Position numbers and translations under genes: made by a program
Shown: piece after piece, positions 28,205 through 38,555 of the stretch
How positions within the stretch are numbered: the stretch's first letter is position 1
Layout of the letters: each line of letters opens with the position of its first letter
Source of the DNA: an uncultured delta proteobacterium
Lineage (GTDB): Bacteria; Myxococcota_A; Polyangia; Polyangiales; B10-G4
Reading direction: 5' to 3'
Assembly (NCBI GenBank): GCA_963727445.1
Contig: CAVSGI010000015.1
Coordinates: forward strand, 96,001 to 160,000
Length of the DNA stretch: 64,000 nt
The notes under the pieces: model-generated
What the model saw: the letters and a program-made list of their open reading frames with translations, nothing else
Database searches by the model: none
Told to the model about the DNA's origin: nothing

Positions 28205-30114
28205 GACCCGTACCACGCGGCGACCTCGTCGAGGGTCGCGCAGCGCGTGGCGGGAGGCAGGCTCGACAGGAACGTCTTGCCGTAGCTCTTCTGGACGATG
28301 CGCCGGTCGAGCACGGCGACGATGCCGCGGTCGGCGGCGCTGCGTACCAGGCGCCCGAAGCCCTGCTTGAGGGTGAGCGCGGCGGAGGGGACGAGGTATT
28401 TCGAGAAGGGGCGGCTGGCCGTCCTCGGTGATGCGCTCGCAGCGCGCGGCGACCAGCGGATCGGTGGGGACGTCGAAGGGGAGCTTGTCGATCACGACGA
28501 GTCGGAGCGCCTCGCCGGGGACGTCGACGCCCTGCCAGAAGCTGCCGGTGGCGAAGAGCACCGCGTGACCGTCCTCTCTGAAGCGCTCGAGGAGCGCCGG
28601 CTTGGGCGCGTCGCCCTGAACGAGCACGGGCTGCTCGAGGAGCGTGCGGCTTCGATGCGCGAGCTCGTCCATGATGCGGAAGCGAGGTGCAGAGGACGAA
28701 GGCGCCGCCACCGGTGAGATCGACGAGGGCGAGGATCTCGTCGGTCGCCGCGGCGGCGAAGTCCTGGTCGCGCGGATCGGGCAGATGCGTCGGCAGGTAG
28801 AGCGCCGATTGACGCGGCGTAGTCGAAGGGGGAGTCGAGGACCTCTTCGCGCGCGTCGAAGTCGATCCCGAGGCGCTCCTTGACGAACGCGAAGCTGCCG
28901 CCGGCGGAGAGCGTGGCGCTGGTGAGCACCACCGCGCCCGTTTTGTAGAAGAGCTCCTCGCGCAGGATGCGGCTCACGTCGACGGGGCTCGCGCCGACCG
29001 AGGTGCGGCGGCCGCGGCTCTCGGTCCAGGTGACGTTCTGACGGCCGCCCTCGACCACGACGCCGACGTCGTCACGGATGGCGCCCGCGCGCCGCGCCAT
29101 CTGCGCCACCGACTCGGCCTCGGAGGCGTGCCGCGAGGCGAAGAGCTCGGTCGCCTCGAGCGCAGCGTCGAGCCGCAGCATGGCGTCCTCGAGATCGCCC
29201 GTCCACGCCTCGCGGGGCAGGCTGGCGCGACCCGATGCGTGGCCCGGACGCGGCAGGCGCTCGAAGAAGAGCGCCGCCGCCTGGCCGAGCTCGCGGATGA
29301 CGCCGCGGTGATCGTCGGAGAGTCGCGCGGCCGCGAAGGCGCGCTCCGCATCGCGAAGGAGCACCTCGAGGCGCGTGCTCGACACGGTCACGCCGAAGAA
29401 CTGGGTGACGACGTCCTCGATGCGATGCGCCTCGTCGAAGATCACGGCGTCGTAATCGGGGATGATTCCGCCGCCGTGCGGGCCTCGGGTCGCGAGGTCC
29501 GCGAAGAAGAGGTGGTGGTTGACGACGATCAGCTGCGCTTCTTCGGCGCGGCGGCGCATGGCGGTCACGAAGCACTCGTCGTAGTGACGACAGCGCGCCC
29601 CGATGCGCGTCTCGGAGCTGCTGGTGACGTGCGACCAGATCGGGGCGTCCTCGCCGAGGGCGTCCTGTTCGGCGCGGTCGCCGGTCTCGGTGGATTCGCG
29701 CCACTTGGAGATGATGGGGAGGTGGCGGGCCACGGGGCCTTCGGCGCCGTGGACACTGGCCAGGGTCTCTTCGAGGCGGCGGAGGCACAGGTAGTTGGCG
29801 AGGCCCTTCATGGAGGAGGCGCGGGCGTCGAGGCCCAGGCGCGTCTCGAGGAAGGGAATGTCGCTCTCCATGATCTGATCCTGCAGGGTCTTGGTGCCGG
29901 TGGAGACGACGACCTTTCGTCCGGAGAGGATCGCGGGCAGCAGATAGGCCAGGGTCTTGCCGGTGCCGGTGCCCGCCTCGACCAGGAGCACCCCGTCGCG
30001 CTCGAGGGTCTTCTGCACCGCTTCCGCCATGACCAGCTGGCTCGGCCGATGCTCGAAGCGCTCGAGCGTTCGCGAGACCGGCCCGCCCGGGATGAGGTAG
30101 TCGACCGCTCGCAT
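28195..30114 (-). CDS. ATP-dependent DNA helicase, DinG/YoaA family; three apparent +1 frameshifts (about 28812, 28680, 28410)
   Basis: EAGTGTGKT, VVNHHLFFAD, IFDEAH, LTSATL, SPFDY; then in shifted frames SFWQGVDVPG, IDKLPF, LKQGFGRLVR, VLDRR. Confidence 0.92.
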
Positions 30115-30175
30115 CGAGGAGCTTTCTTACGTTTGCCCAGGGCTCGTGTCGAGTCACCTGATGTATGGTTCGCGC

Positions 30176-31849
30176 GTGTTGGCTCGTCGGGCTTGGGCAG
30201 CGCTGGTGTTGCTGCAATTCTTCGCGCTCTCTCAGGGCTGTGAGAGCTGCGACCACGAGGACGCGCCGCCGCCGAACATCGAGGTCCTGGCGCATCCACC
30301 GGCGCCGCCGCCGGCGACTTTGACCTTCGAAGCCTCCCTCGCCGGCGGCGCCGAGACGCTGAGCGCAGCGCGCCGATTTCTCGGCAGGCAACCGGCGCGG
30401 CTGCTGATGCCAGGCTCCCCGGGAGAGCTCGTCGAGCGGATGGTGGGCGAGGACATCGGGCTCGCCGAGCGCGTCGCCGAGGACGCGCCGCTCTTCGCGG
30501 TGGGGGTGGACAGCGGGTGGGCGCTCGCGGTGCCGATCCGTGTCGACGACGATCCGGCGCATCCGCTCGGCGCGGGAATGCCGCTGGTGCCGGGCGCACC
30601 CGAGGGCGCGCTGTGGTTGGGCGCTGCGCCCGCCGGCGACCACGACGAGGCCGCCGCCCTCGCCGGCGGAGTGCTCGTCCTCAGCGAGGACGCGTCGGCC
30701 CTGCGTGAGACGCTCCCCTACGCCGCTTTCACCCTCGCCGCCGCGGAGCCAGACGCGAGCGCGGGCGCGCTGAAGGTGAAGCTCGCCGCTCAGGTGCCGT
30801 CCGAGCTGCGCCAGATGCTCGAGGCGCTCATCGAGCGCACGGTCGTCGACGCGCGGGCGAGCATCCACGACGAACGCGAGCAGCACGAGAGCCCGCCGGA
30901 CTTCGGCGAGCCCGAGGCGCTCCTCAATCACCTCGCTCGCCTCGCGCGGGCGTGGCTCGCCTATCTTCCCGATCTCGGCCAGAGCGAGATGACGCTCGCC
31001 TTCGACGGAGGGCTCGCCGAGCTGACGCTCCGCGCGGACGTGCGCGACGGCTCGCCTCTCGCAGCACGTCTCGCCGAGACGCCGGCGCGGAGTCTCGAAG
31101 AGCTCGGCGCGCTCCCGCGCGACACCGCCTTCGCGATCTCCATGCGCTCGGCGCCCGGCGCCGAGTCGCGCTTCTCGTTCCTCGAAGCCTTCACCGACGT
31201 CGCGGGCGAGCGTCTCAGCGCGCGCGAGCGAGCGTCTCTCGATGCGCTCGCCGCCGCGTGGGACGCGGCGGCGGGCCCCGAGACGCTCGTCGCCGCCGGC
31301 GGCGGCGCCGAAGACGCGTGGGTCGCCGCGTCGCTCGCCGCACCCCGCGGCGAGCTCGCCGAGAGCGCGCTCGCCGCCGTCACGAGCGCGCGCTTCACCG
31401 CGTCCCTCCTCGGTCTGCTCTTCGATTGCGCGCGACCGCCGCGCCCGCGCTTCGGCGCCCCACTCTGCGCGGGCGCGCCGGCGCTGGCCTTCGAGCGCAG
31501 CGAAGCGCGCACCGTCTTCGGCATCGGCCGTGACGCCGCATCCATTCCCGCCATCGCGAACCCCGATGGCGCGCGCCTCGCGGCCGAGCCGGACGTCGCG
31601 CGCGCCGTGGCTCCTCTGGGCGACGCGCCCGTCTTCGCGGCGATCGTCTTTCCTTCGCGGCTCATGCCGCTCGCCGGGCTGTCGGGCTCCGAGCCTCTGC
31701 AGCAGCTCAGCCGCGTCTCCGCACTCGCCGCCCGCCCCGCCCCCATCGCCCTCGCAATCGCCGCGGAAGACGATCAGCTCGTCCTGCGCGTCATCGCGAG
31801 CGATCGCGCCGTCGAGGACGCCATGGCCTTCGCCGGCAGCTTGGATTGA
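30176..31849 (+). CDS. Hypothetical lipoprotein
   Basis: Signal peptide ending LSQGC; long Ala-rich ORF with host-like codon usage; start chosen from TATGGT-N6-GTG. Confidence 0.7.
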   Translation: MLARRAWAALVLLQFFALSQGCESCDHEDAPPPNIEVLAHPPAPPPATLTFEASLAGGAETLSAARRFLGRQPARLLMPGSPGELVERMVGEDIGLAERVAEDAPLFAVGVDSGWALAVPIRVDDDPAHPLGAGMPLVPGAPEGALWLGAAPAGDHDEAAALAGGVLVLSEDASALRETLPYAAFTLAAAEPDASAGALKVKLAAQVPSELRQMLEALIERTVVDARASIHDEREQHESPPDFGEPEALLNHLARLARAWLAYLPDLGQSEMTLAFDGGLAELTLRADVRDGSPLAARLAETPARSLEELGALPRDTAFAISMRSAPGAESRFSFLEAFTDVAGERLSARERASLDALAAAWDAAAGPETLVAAGGGAEDAWVAASLAAPRGELAESALAAVTSARFTASLLGLLFDCARPPRPRFGAPLCAGAPALAFERSEARTVFGIGRDAASIPAIANPDGARLAAEPDVARAVAPLGDAPVFAAIVFPSRLMPLAGLSGSEPLQQLSRVSALAARPAPIALAIAAEDDQLVLRVIASDRAVEDAMAFAGSLD

Positions 31850-31880
31850 CGGGACCGCGCTCGGTACCTAGGTTGGCTGA

Positions 31881-32624
31881 GTGATCCCGATACGCGACCA
31901 CAATCCCACGCGGTCGCGACCCGTGGTCGTCTACGCGATCATCGCCCTCAACGCGTTCGTGTGGCTCTACGAAGTCTCGCTCCAGTGGGGGCCCGGCGGT
32001 GACATGTCGCTGGCCCGCTTCATTCAGGAGTGGGGCGCGGTTCCCATCCGCCTCACCTACGGCCCCGACCCTCTCGCGTATCTCACGCCGCTCACCAGCA
32101 TGTTCATGCACGGCGGCTGGCTCCACATCATCGGCAACATGTGGTTCCTCTGGGTCTTCGGTGACAACGTCGAAGACGTGCTCGGCAAGGGCCGCTTCAT
32201 CGTCTTCTACCTCGCGTGCGGGCTCTTCGCCGTCGCCGCGCAGGTCTTCATCAATCCCGGGAGTCAGGTCCCGATGGTCGGCGCCTCGGGCGCCATCGCC
32301 GGCGTCCTCGCGGGCTACGTGATGCTCCACCCGAAGGCGCGGGTCACGACGTTGATCCCGTTCATCTTCATCATGTTCGTGGAGCTCCCGGCCTACGTCT
32401 TCATCTTCGTGTGGTTCGGCTACCAGCTGATCCTCGGCGTCGGCTCCCTGGGCATCGGCGACCAGGGGGGCGGCACCGCCTTCTTCGCCCACATCGGCGG
32501 CTTCCTCGCCGGCCTCGCGCTCATCAAGGTGATGGCGCCCCGTGGACCCCGGCCGCCCCAGCGTCGCGTGCTCGAGCCGCACCCCGGCGAGTGGGGCTAC
32601 GACCGACACCGTCCGCTCCACTGA
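31881..32624 (+). CDS. Rhomboid-family intramembrane serine protease
   Basis: SMFMHGGWLHIIGNMWFL, GASGAIAG (catalytic Ser), AHIGGF (catalytic His). Confidence 0.95.
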   Translation: MIPIRDHNPTRSRPVVVYAIIALNAFVWLYEVSLQWGPGGDMSLARFIQEWGAVPIRLTYGPDPLAYLTPLTSMFMHGGWLHIIGNMWFLWVFGDNVEDVLGKGRFIVFYLACGLFAVAAQVFINPGSQVPMVGASGAIAGVLAGYVMLHPKARVTTLIPFIFIMFVELPAYVFIFVWFGYQLILGVGSLGIGDQGGGTAFFAHIGGFLAGLALIKVMAPRGPRPPQRRVLEPHPGEWGYDRHRPLH

Positions 32625-32655
32625 AAGCCGGCGAGCTCGCCCTCGGGCGCGCCGC

Positions 32656-34545
32656 TCAGAAGGGATTGTCTGGAACGCCGCCCGACGACTCCATGGTCGT
32701 TTCCATGGTCGCTTCCATGGTGGGCTCTGCTTCCATGGTCGCCGCCTCCATCGTCGCGGCTTCCATGGTCGTTTCCATCGTCGTCATGGCCGTGACCTCT
32801 GGCTCCCCACCTTCATCGGGTGTCGTCATGGTGGTCGTGGTCATCGCCATCACGCTCGTCATCGTGGGACGGGCGCCGTGCTCGCGCTCTTCGAGGGAGA
32901 AGCTCACCCGCGCGACCATGCGCTCCCCGTCCTGCGTGAAGGCGTTGCGGAGCACGGTCTGGGTGTCGCTCTCGAAGCCCGAGGAGCTGGCGGTGACGCT
33001 GACCGGGCCACGCGGCTCGTTTCGCAGGACGATCTCTCCCTCGTCGTTGGGCGTGGCCCCGGCGGAGACTACCCGTGCATCGCTTGGCGTCACGCTGACG
33101 GCGACGACCCAGGGCATCGGCTCGAGCTGCACGGTGAGCGGGCCTTGATCTTCGGTGGCCGTGACCATCTGACGCGAGGACACGAAGCCGTCCTTGCTCA
33201 CCACCACCTCGACCTCGTGACCGATGGGCAGGCGGATGGCGAAGGGCGTCTCGCCCTCCTGCGCTTCGCCGGCCACCTCGACGCTCGCGCCAGGAGGTGA
33301 GGTCGCGACGCGCACTTCCACCCGCGGCGCGTCCTCGGGGATCGCGGCCATCTCACCATCGGCCGCCGCTGCGTCGGGCTCCGCCACGGAGGTGTCGGGC
33401 GTCTCGTCGGCCTCGCTGATGGTGCCTACGTCGTCCGTCGTGCCCGCCGGGTTCTGCTGGCTGTAGATGAACAGGCCGATGCCCACGACCGCGGCGACGC
33501 CGATGAGGATGGGGACCATCATCGAGCGCGGCTCCTCGGGCTCCTTGGCGGGCGCTGCGGCCGCCTTCTTCGGCTCGTCCTTCCTGGCGGCGGCCTCGCG
33601 ATCGCGGCGCTTCGCGGTCGCTTCGGCCTTCTTTCGCTCCGCCTCGGCCTTCTTTCGCTCCGCCTCGGCCTCGGCAGCCTTGTCCTCGGCGGCCTTCTTC
33701 TCCGCCGCCTTCTTCTCGTCAGCCTTCTTCGCGGCGGCCTCGTCGGCACCGGCCTTCTTCGCGTCGGCCTTCTTCTCGTCAGCCTTCTTCGCGTCAGCCT
33801 CGTCGGCACCGGCCTTCGCCTCGGCAGCCTTCTTCTCCGCCTTGGGCTCTTCCTTCTTCGCGGGCGCGGCCGAAGCCGCCGCGGCCTCGGCCTTCTTCTC
33901 CGCCTTCGGCGCTTCCTTCTCGTCGGCCTCGGCCTTCGCCGCCGCTTCCTTCTCCCGACGCGCCGCTTCCTCGCGCTCGCGCGCGATCTCCTCGCCACGC
34001 TTGCGCGCGCGCTCCGCGTCCTGGGCGGCCTCCTTGGCCGCGTCCTCGTCGCCTGCCGAGAGCGCCTCCGCGAGGAACTCGCTCGCATGCCGGACCTGAG
34101 TGCTGTCCTCGGGCGCGGGCAACTGATCCTGGGGCAGCGGTGCCGGGAAGAAGGCCTGGGTCTTCTTGACGCTCTTGACCTTCTTGCGCCCCTGCTCGAA
34201 CTCGCCCGGGCTATCGCCGCGCTGCGAGACGATCTGCTCGACCAGGCTTCGGCTCTGGGGATCCATCTTGATGAACTTGATGCCCATCCCCGGCGGCTTG
34301 TCCTCCTCGCCGCCGTCGCGCTTCCAAACCACGCGACCGACCCCGTGGATCAGACGCGATTCGTCCTTGAGCTGAAACTCGAACTTGAGCAGCGTCCCGA
34401 TCGGCATCGGGCTCTTGCTCTTGATGAAGATCCCGCCGCGGGAGATGTCCATCGCGTACTGCTCGACGAACTCGTCCACGGTCGCGCTCTTGAAGCGGAC
34501 CTTCAACGAAACGGGCGCGCGTCGATCCTTGCGCGTATCAGCCAT
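32656..34545 (-). CDS. TIGR02266-family (PilZ-like) membrane protein with Ala/Lys/Glu linker and PEGA-like domain
   Basis: RKDRRAPV...DISRGGIFIKS...GRVVW...GMGIKF; TM MVPILIGVAAVVGIGLFIY; VATSPPGASV. Confidence 0.87.
   Translation of the reverse strand: MADTRKDRRAPVSLKVRFKSATVDEFVEQYAMDISRGGIFIKSKSPMPIGTLLKFEFQLKDESRLIHGVGRVVWKRDGGEEDKPPGMGIKFIKMDPQSRSLVEQIVSQRGDSPGEFEQGRKKVKSVKKTQAFFPAPLPQDQLPAPEDSTQVRHASEFLAEALSAGDEDAAKEAAQDAERARKRGEEIAREREEAARREKEAAAKAEADEKEAPKAEKKAEAAAASAAPAKKEEPKAEKKAAEAKAGADEADAKKADEKKADAKKAGADEAAAKKADEKKAAEKKAAEDKAAEAEAERKKAEAERKKAEATAKRRDREAAARKDEPKKAAAAPAKEPEEPRSMMVPILIGVAAVVGIGLFIYSQQNPAGTTDDVGTISEADETPDTSVAEPDAAAADGEMAAIPEDAPRVEVRVATSPPGASVEVAGEAQEGETPFAIRLPIGHEVEVVVSKDGFVSSRQMVTATEDQGPLTVQLEPMPWVVAVSVTPSDARVVSAGATPNDEGEIVLRNEPRGPVSVTASSSGFESDTQTVLRNAFTQDGERMVARVSFSLEEREHGARPTMTSVMAMTTTTMTTPDEGGEPEVTAMTTMETTMEAATMEAATMEAEPTMEATMETTMESSGGVPDNPF
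33624..33830. repeat. Coding tandem repeats (21-bp x2 and about 60-bp x2)
   Basis: CGGCCTTCTTTCGCTCCGCCT twice; lines 33721 and 33781 nearly identical; encode AEAERKK and KKADEKKA-type repeats. Confidence 0.8.
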
Positions 34546-34615
34546 CCAATCTCCTTGGGCTCCGGCGGGGCCGCGAGCGGGGCGTATCGTAACGAAAGAC
34601 GCCGCTCATCCACAA

Positions 34616-35101
34616 TCACTTGGGTGCCCTGAGCGCCTCGCGCACGGGTTTTGGCGGGCCTCCGAGGACGGAAAGTCGCTCGTGGAGCGCGGAGGGCGCC
34701 TCGGGCAGCACATCGAGAAGCGGCGCCAGGGCGAAGCTGCGGTCGAGGAGGCGGGGATGGGGCACCGTGAGCTGAGGCATCTCGATCGCCTGCTCCGCCC
34801 ACAGAATGTCGATGTCGAGGGTACGCGGCCCCCATCGTTCGTGGCGCACCCGGCCCGCCGCCACTTCGATGGACAGGGTGAGCGAGAGGAGGTCGGGCAG
34901 CGCGAGATCGGTCTCGAGGCGCACCGCCGCGTTCAAGAAGCGCGGCTGAGGTGGCCCGACTGGATCCGTTTCGTAAACGGGTGACACCGCCATGACACGT
35001 ACGCCGTTCGCCCGCGCGAGGGCGTCCACCGCCTCCTGCAAGCGAGCGAAGCGATCGCCGAGGTTCGAGCCCAGGCCGACGACGACGACCTGCGCCTTCA
35101 C
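34616..35101 (-). CDS. folK: 2-amino-4-hydroxy-6-hydroxymethyldihydropteridine diphosphokinase
   Basis: GLGSNLGD, SPVYETDP, QPRFLNAA, RWGPRTLDIDIL, PHPRLLDRSF. Confidence 0.95.
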   Translation of the reverse strand: MKAQVVVVGLGSNLGDRFARLQEAVDALARANGVRVMAVSPVYETDPVGPPQPRFLNAAVRLETDLALPDLLSLTLSIEVAAGRVRHERWGPRTLDIDILWAEQAIEMPQLTVPHPRLLDRSFALAPLLDVLPEAPSALHERLSVLGGPPKPVREALRAPK

Positions 35102-35463
35102 TGGAAGGTGCGCACCTTCGCGGTCGGACGCTCCTCGCCGTTCCACCGGAGCATGCCCCCGACCAGGTGGTAGACCTCGACGAAACCGTGGTCCTGCACC
35201 AGCGCCACGGCGGCGTCCCGACTCTCGCGACCGTCGTTGCAGACCACGACGATCGGCGTCGCCAGGTCGACCCCCTCGAGGCCGCTGTCGCGCAGCTTCT
35301 TCAACGGGACGTGGTGCACGCCGTGAATGTGGCCCATGTCCCCGAGCAGGTCCGACTCCTCGGCCCGCACGTCGACGAAGTACAGGTCGTCCCGCCGTGC
35401 CACGTCCCCGGGCCGGACCTGCGCGTAGCCCTCGGGCATCCTGTGTGCCTCCCCGATGCGCAT
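35098..35463 (-). CDS. Rhodanese-like protein
   Basis: FVDVR, GHIHG, VVCNDGRES, LVGGMLRW; GTGA coupling to folK. Confidence 0.88.
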   Translation of the reverse strand: MRIGEAHRMPEGYAQVRPGDVARRDDLYFVDVRAEESDLLGDMGHIHGVHHVPLKKLRDSGLEGVDLATPIVVVCNDGRESRDAAVALVQDHGFVEVYHLVGGMLRWNGEERPTAKVRTFQ

Positions 35464-35480
35464 CCCTCTCTACGTGTACC

Positions 35481-36950
35481 ATGCGCGCCGTGTCGACGCT
35501 GGACCTCTTCGACCGGCGAGGTCGGGATGACGAGCCCGAGAAGCCGACGGTGCTTCGCGTGGCGGAGGTCAACCGCGCGGTTCGCCACCGCCTCGAGAGC
35601 GAGTACCGTGACGTGTGGATCGAGGGCGAGCTCTCCGACGTGACGCGGGCGTCGAGCGGCCACGTCTACTTCACGCTGAACGACGAGCGGGAGCCCGCGC
35701 AGCTCAAGGGCGTGATGTTTCGCGGCGACGCGCGGCGCGCCAAGGCACGCCTCGAGCGGGGCGCCGTCGTTCGCATGCGCGGCCAGCTCACCCTCTACGA
35801 GGCACGAGGCAACTACCAGCTGGTGGCGCGGATCGCCCTGCCCGCGGGCGAGGGGGATCTCCACGCGCAGTTCGAGCGGATTCGGCGCAAGCTCGACGCG
35901 GAGGGACTCTTCGCCGACGCGCGCAAGCGCCCTCTGCCGCGCTTCCCGAAAGTCGTGGGCGTGGTGACCAGCGCCGCCGGCGCGGCGATGCACGACATCG
36001 TGCGGGTGGCCGCGGGCAGGTGCCCGGTGCGGATCGTGGTGGCCGACTGTCGGGTGCAGGGCCAGGAGGCTCCTACCAGCATCGTTCGCGCGCTTCGACT
36101 GGTGGCGCGCCTTCCCGAGCTCGACGTGGTCATCGTCGGCCGCGGCGGCGGCAGCGCCGAGGACCTCTGGGCCTTCAACTACGAGTCGGTGGCGCGCGCC
36201 ATCGCCGAGTGTCCGGTGCCGGTGGTGAGCGCCGTGGGTCACGAGGTGGACGTGACCATCGCCGACCTCGTCGCCGACGTACGTGCCTCCACGCCCTCCA
36301 ACGCCGCCGAGATCGTCGTCCCGGACAAGCGGACGTTGCAGCAGGAGATCGAGGCCTGGGAGCGTCGCCTGTCGCGCGCTCTCGACGGGCGCATCGCCCA
36401 GGGCCGTCTGCGTCTCGAGCGGCTGGCGCGAGCCCTGGGCGACCCTCGACATCAGCTCGAACGCGATCGCGGGCGCCTCGACGCCCAGACCGCCGCGATG
36501 GTGCGGGCGATGCAGCGCTACCTGGCGGAACGCAGAGAGACGGTCCAGAAGGCCGAGGCCACGGCCCGCCGAAACGATCCGCGCGCGCGCATCGCGAAGG
36601 GCCGTAGGCGTCACGCCGAGCTCGACGCGCGCCTGAAGGCCGCGCTCGGACCCGCGATGAACGCGCGGCAGCGGGCGCTGTCGGAGCTGACGTCTCGGCT
36701 GACCCAGGCGGAGCGAGCCTTCATCGAGCGGCGAAAGGCGACGCTCGGTCGGCGCGTCGCGAGCCTCGAAGCGCTCTCGCCCCTCGCCGTGCTCTGTCGC
36801 GGCTACGCCATCGCCCTGTCGGAGCGCACGGGCCAGGCCCTCACACGCGCCGAGGACGCAGCGGTAGGCGACGCCCTCGACATCGTCCTTCACCAGGGCC
36901 GCGTGCGCGCGCGCGTGGAGGAGACGAAGCCACCGGAGAAAGGCGAGTGA
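35481..36950 (+). CDS. xseA: Exodeoxyribonuclease VII large subunit
   Basis: VWIEGELS, SGHVYFTL, GVVTS, RGGGSAEDLWAFN, SAVGHEVD, STPSNAAE, LSPLAVLCRGY. Start may be GTG 35490. Confidence 0.96.
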   Translation: MRAVSTLDLFDRRGRDDEPEKPTVLRVAEVNRAVRHRLESEYRDVWIEGELSDVTRASSGHVYFTLNDEREPAQLKGVMFRGDARRAKARLERGAVVRMRGQLTLYEARGNYQLVARIALPAGEGDLHAQFERIRRKLDAEGLFADARKRPLPRFPKVVGVVTSAAGAAMHDIVRVAAGRCPVRIVVADCRVQGQEAPTSIVRALRLVARLPELDVVIVGRGGGSAEDLWAFNYESVARAIAECPVPVVSAVGHEVDVTIADLVADVRASTPSNAAEIVVPDKRTLQQEIEAWERRLSRALDGRIAQGRLRLERLARALGDPRHQLERDRGRLDAQTAAMVRAMQRYLAERRETVQKAEATARRNDPRARIAKGRRRHAELDARLKAALGPAMNARQRALSELTSRLTQAERAFIERRKATLGRRVASLEALSPLAVLCRGYAIALSERTGQALTRAEDAAVGDALDIVLHQGRVRARVEETKPPEKGE

Positions 36951-37792
36951 GCGCGCTTCGATTCGCGGTCATCGGCTCTCCGATCGCGCACTCGCGCTCA
37001 CCCGAGATGCACCAGGCCGCGTACCGTGCGCTCGGGATCGACGCGACCTACGAGCGCATCCTGGTCGCGCCCGAGGCGCTCGAGGGCTTCGTCGCGGCGC
37101 TCCCGACGAGCGGCCTCGGCGGTGTGAACGTGACGCTGCCGCACAAGGAGCGCATCGCCAGCCTGGTGGACGTCTCGACGAAGGTCGCGACGAGCGTCGG
37201 GGCGGTCAACTGCGTCACCGTCCTGGACGACGGCCGCCTCGAGGGCGACAACACCGACGCCCCGGGTTCGATCCGCGCCCTCGCCGAGGCCGGATGCGAG
37301 GTGTGTGGCCGCCGCTGCGTCGTCCTCGGCGCAGGTGGCGCGGCGCGTGCGGCGGTGGTGGGTCTCGTCGAAGCGGGGGCCGAAGAGGTGGTGATCGCGG
37401 CGCGGCGACCCGACGCGGCCGAAGCCCTGGTCGCCGGCCTCACCCGTCATCTCGGCGCCCCGCCGCTTCGCGCCTCTGGGCTCGGCGAGGAGCTCGAGGG
37501 GGTCTTCGCCGCTGCGGGGCTCCTCGTGCAGGCGACGAGCGCGACCCTCAAAGACACCGAGACCGCCCGCACATTCGCGGCGTCGCTGCCACTGGCCGCG
37601 CTCCCCGCCACGGCGGTGGTGACGGATCTGGTCTACGCGCCGCTCTGCACCACGGTCCTGGCGGCCGCCGAAGCCCGCGGCCTCACGACCGTCGACGGGC
37701 TCGGCCTCCTCATCCACCAGGGTGCCCTGTCCTTCGAACGCTGGCTCGGCCGGACCGCGCCGATCGACGTCATGCGCCGCGCTGTCGTCTGA
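36947..37792 (+). CDS. aroE: Shikimate dehydrogenase
   Basis: HSRSPEMH, NVTLPHK, GAVN, NTD, GAGGAARA, DLVY, DGLGLLIHQG. Confidence 0.96.
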   Translation: MSALRFAVIGSPIAHSRSPEMHQAAYRALGIDATYERILVAPEALEGFVAALPTSGLGGVNVTLPHKERIASLVDVSTKVATSVGAVNCVTVLDDGRLEGDNTDAPGSIRALAEAGCEVCGRRCVVLGAGGAARAAVVGLVEAGAEEVVIAARRPDAAEALVAGLTRHLGAPPLRASGLGEELEGVFAAAGLLVQATSATLKDTETARTFAASLPLAALPATAVVTDLVYAPLCTTVLAAAEARGLTTVDGLGLLIHQGALSFERWLGRTAPIDVMRRAVV

Positions 37793-37831
37793 GATGAGAC
37801 ACGCGCGCGCCGAGACGGTATCGTGGGCCCC

Positions 37832-38545
37832 ATGAAGCGATGGGGGTGTGACATGAGGTTCGGCGGTTTCGCTCTGGGCATGACGATCGTCGCAGGAGCC
37901 TTCGTCGGGCTCGGGGGCGCCGCCGAGGCGCAGAGCTGCCCCGCCGGGACCACCTGGAACCCACAGTTCCATTCCTGCGAAGCCGCGCAGCAGCAGACCC
38001 AGCAGCAGCAGCAGACCCAGCAGCAGCAGACCCAGCAGCAGCAACAGGTGCAGCCCGTTGGTCAGCAGCAGCAGGTCGTCCCCGTCGGTCAGCAGCAGCA
38101 AGTGGTCCCCGTTGGTCAGCAGCAGCAGGTGACGTCTGTGAACACGGTTCCAGTACAGGCGCAGCAGACCCGGAGCCGACCGCGCTTCGGCCTCATGATC
38201 AGCGGCGTCATCATGTTCGTCGTGATGTACGCGCTGACCGCTTCGATCGTCTCGCTCGGCGACGGCGGAAACGAAGACTTCATGTATATCCCCGTCGTCG
38301 GGCCGTGGGTCGCCCTCGGCGCGAGCGGCACCGACGACTGGACGCCGCTGATCTATCCGAGCGGCATCATCCAGGTCGCGGGCATCACCCTCTTCATCCT
38401 CGGGCTCACCCTCCGCCGCGAGGTCGTGGTGCGCGCCGACGGCGGCATGGGCATCCCCATCGCCGACGGATGGTCGCTCTCGCCTGTGGTCGCGCCGTCG
38501 ACGAACGGCGGCTCGGTCGGCGCGCTCCTCTCCGCGGATCTTTGA
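37832..38545 (+). CDS. Exported/membrane hypothetical protein with poly-Gln repeats
   Basis: Signal peptide to AEA-Q, CPAGTTWNPQFHSC, Gln-rich repeats, then hydrophobic segments including IPVVGPW. Confidence 0.75.
   Translation: MKRWGCDMRFGGFALGMTIVAGAFVGLGGAAEAQSCPAGTTWNPQFHSCEAAQQQTQQQQQTQQQQTQQQQQVQPVGQQQQVVPVGQQQQVVPVGQQQQVTSVNTVPVQAQQTRSRPRFGLMISGVIMFVVMYALTASIVSLGDGGNEDFMYIPVVGPWVALGASGTDDWTPLIYPSGIIQVAGITLFILGLTLRREVVVRADGGMGIPIADGWSLSPVVAPSTNGGSVGALLSADL
37988..38130 (+). repeat. CAG-rich coding repeat
   Basis: (CAG)3-5 ACC units followed by 27-bp units encoding QQQQVVPVG / QQQQVQPVG. Confidence 0.85.
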
Positions 38546-38555
38546 GCTCCGGCGC

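Noticed and set aside
28407..28815. Programmed frameshifting or phase variation in the helicase
   Set aside because: No canonical slippery heptamer or long SSR; the same +1 pattern occurs in unrelated genes, which favours sequencing error.
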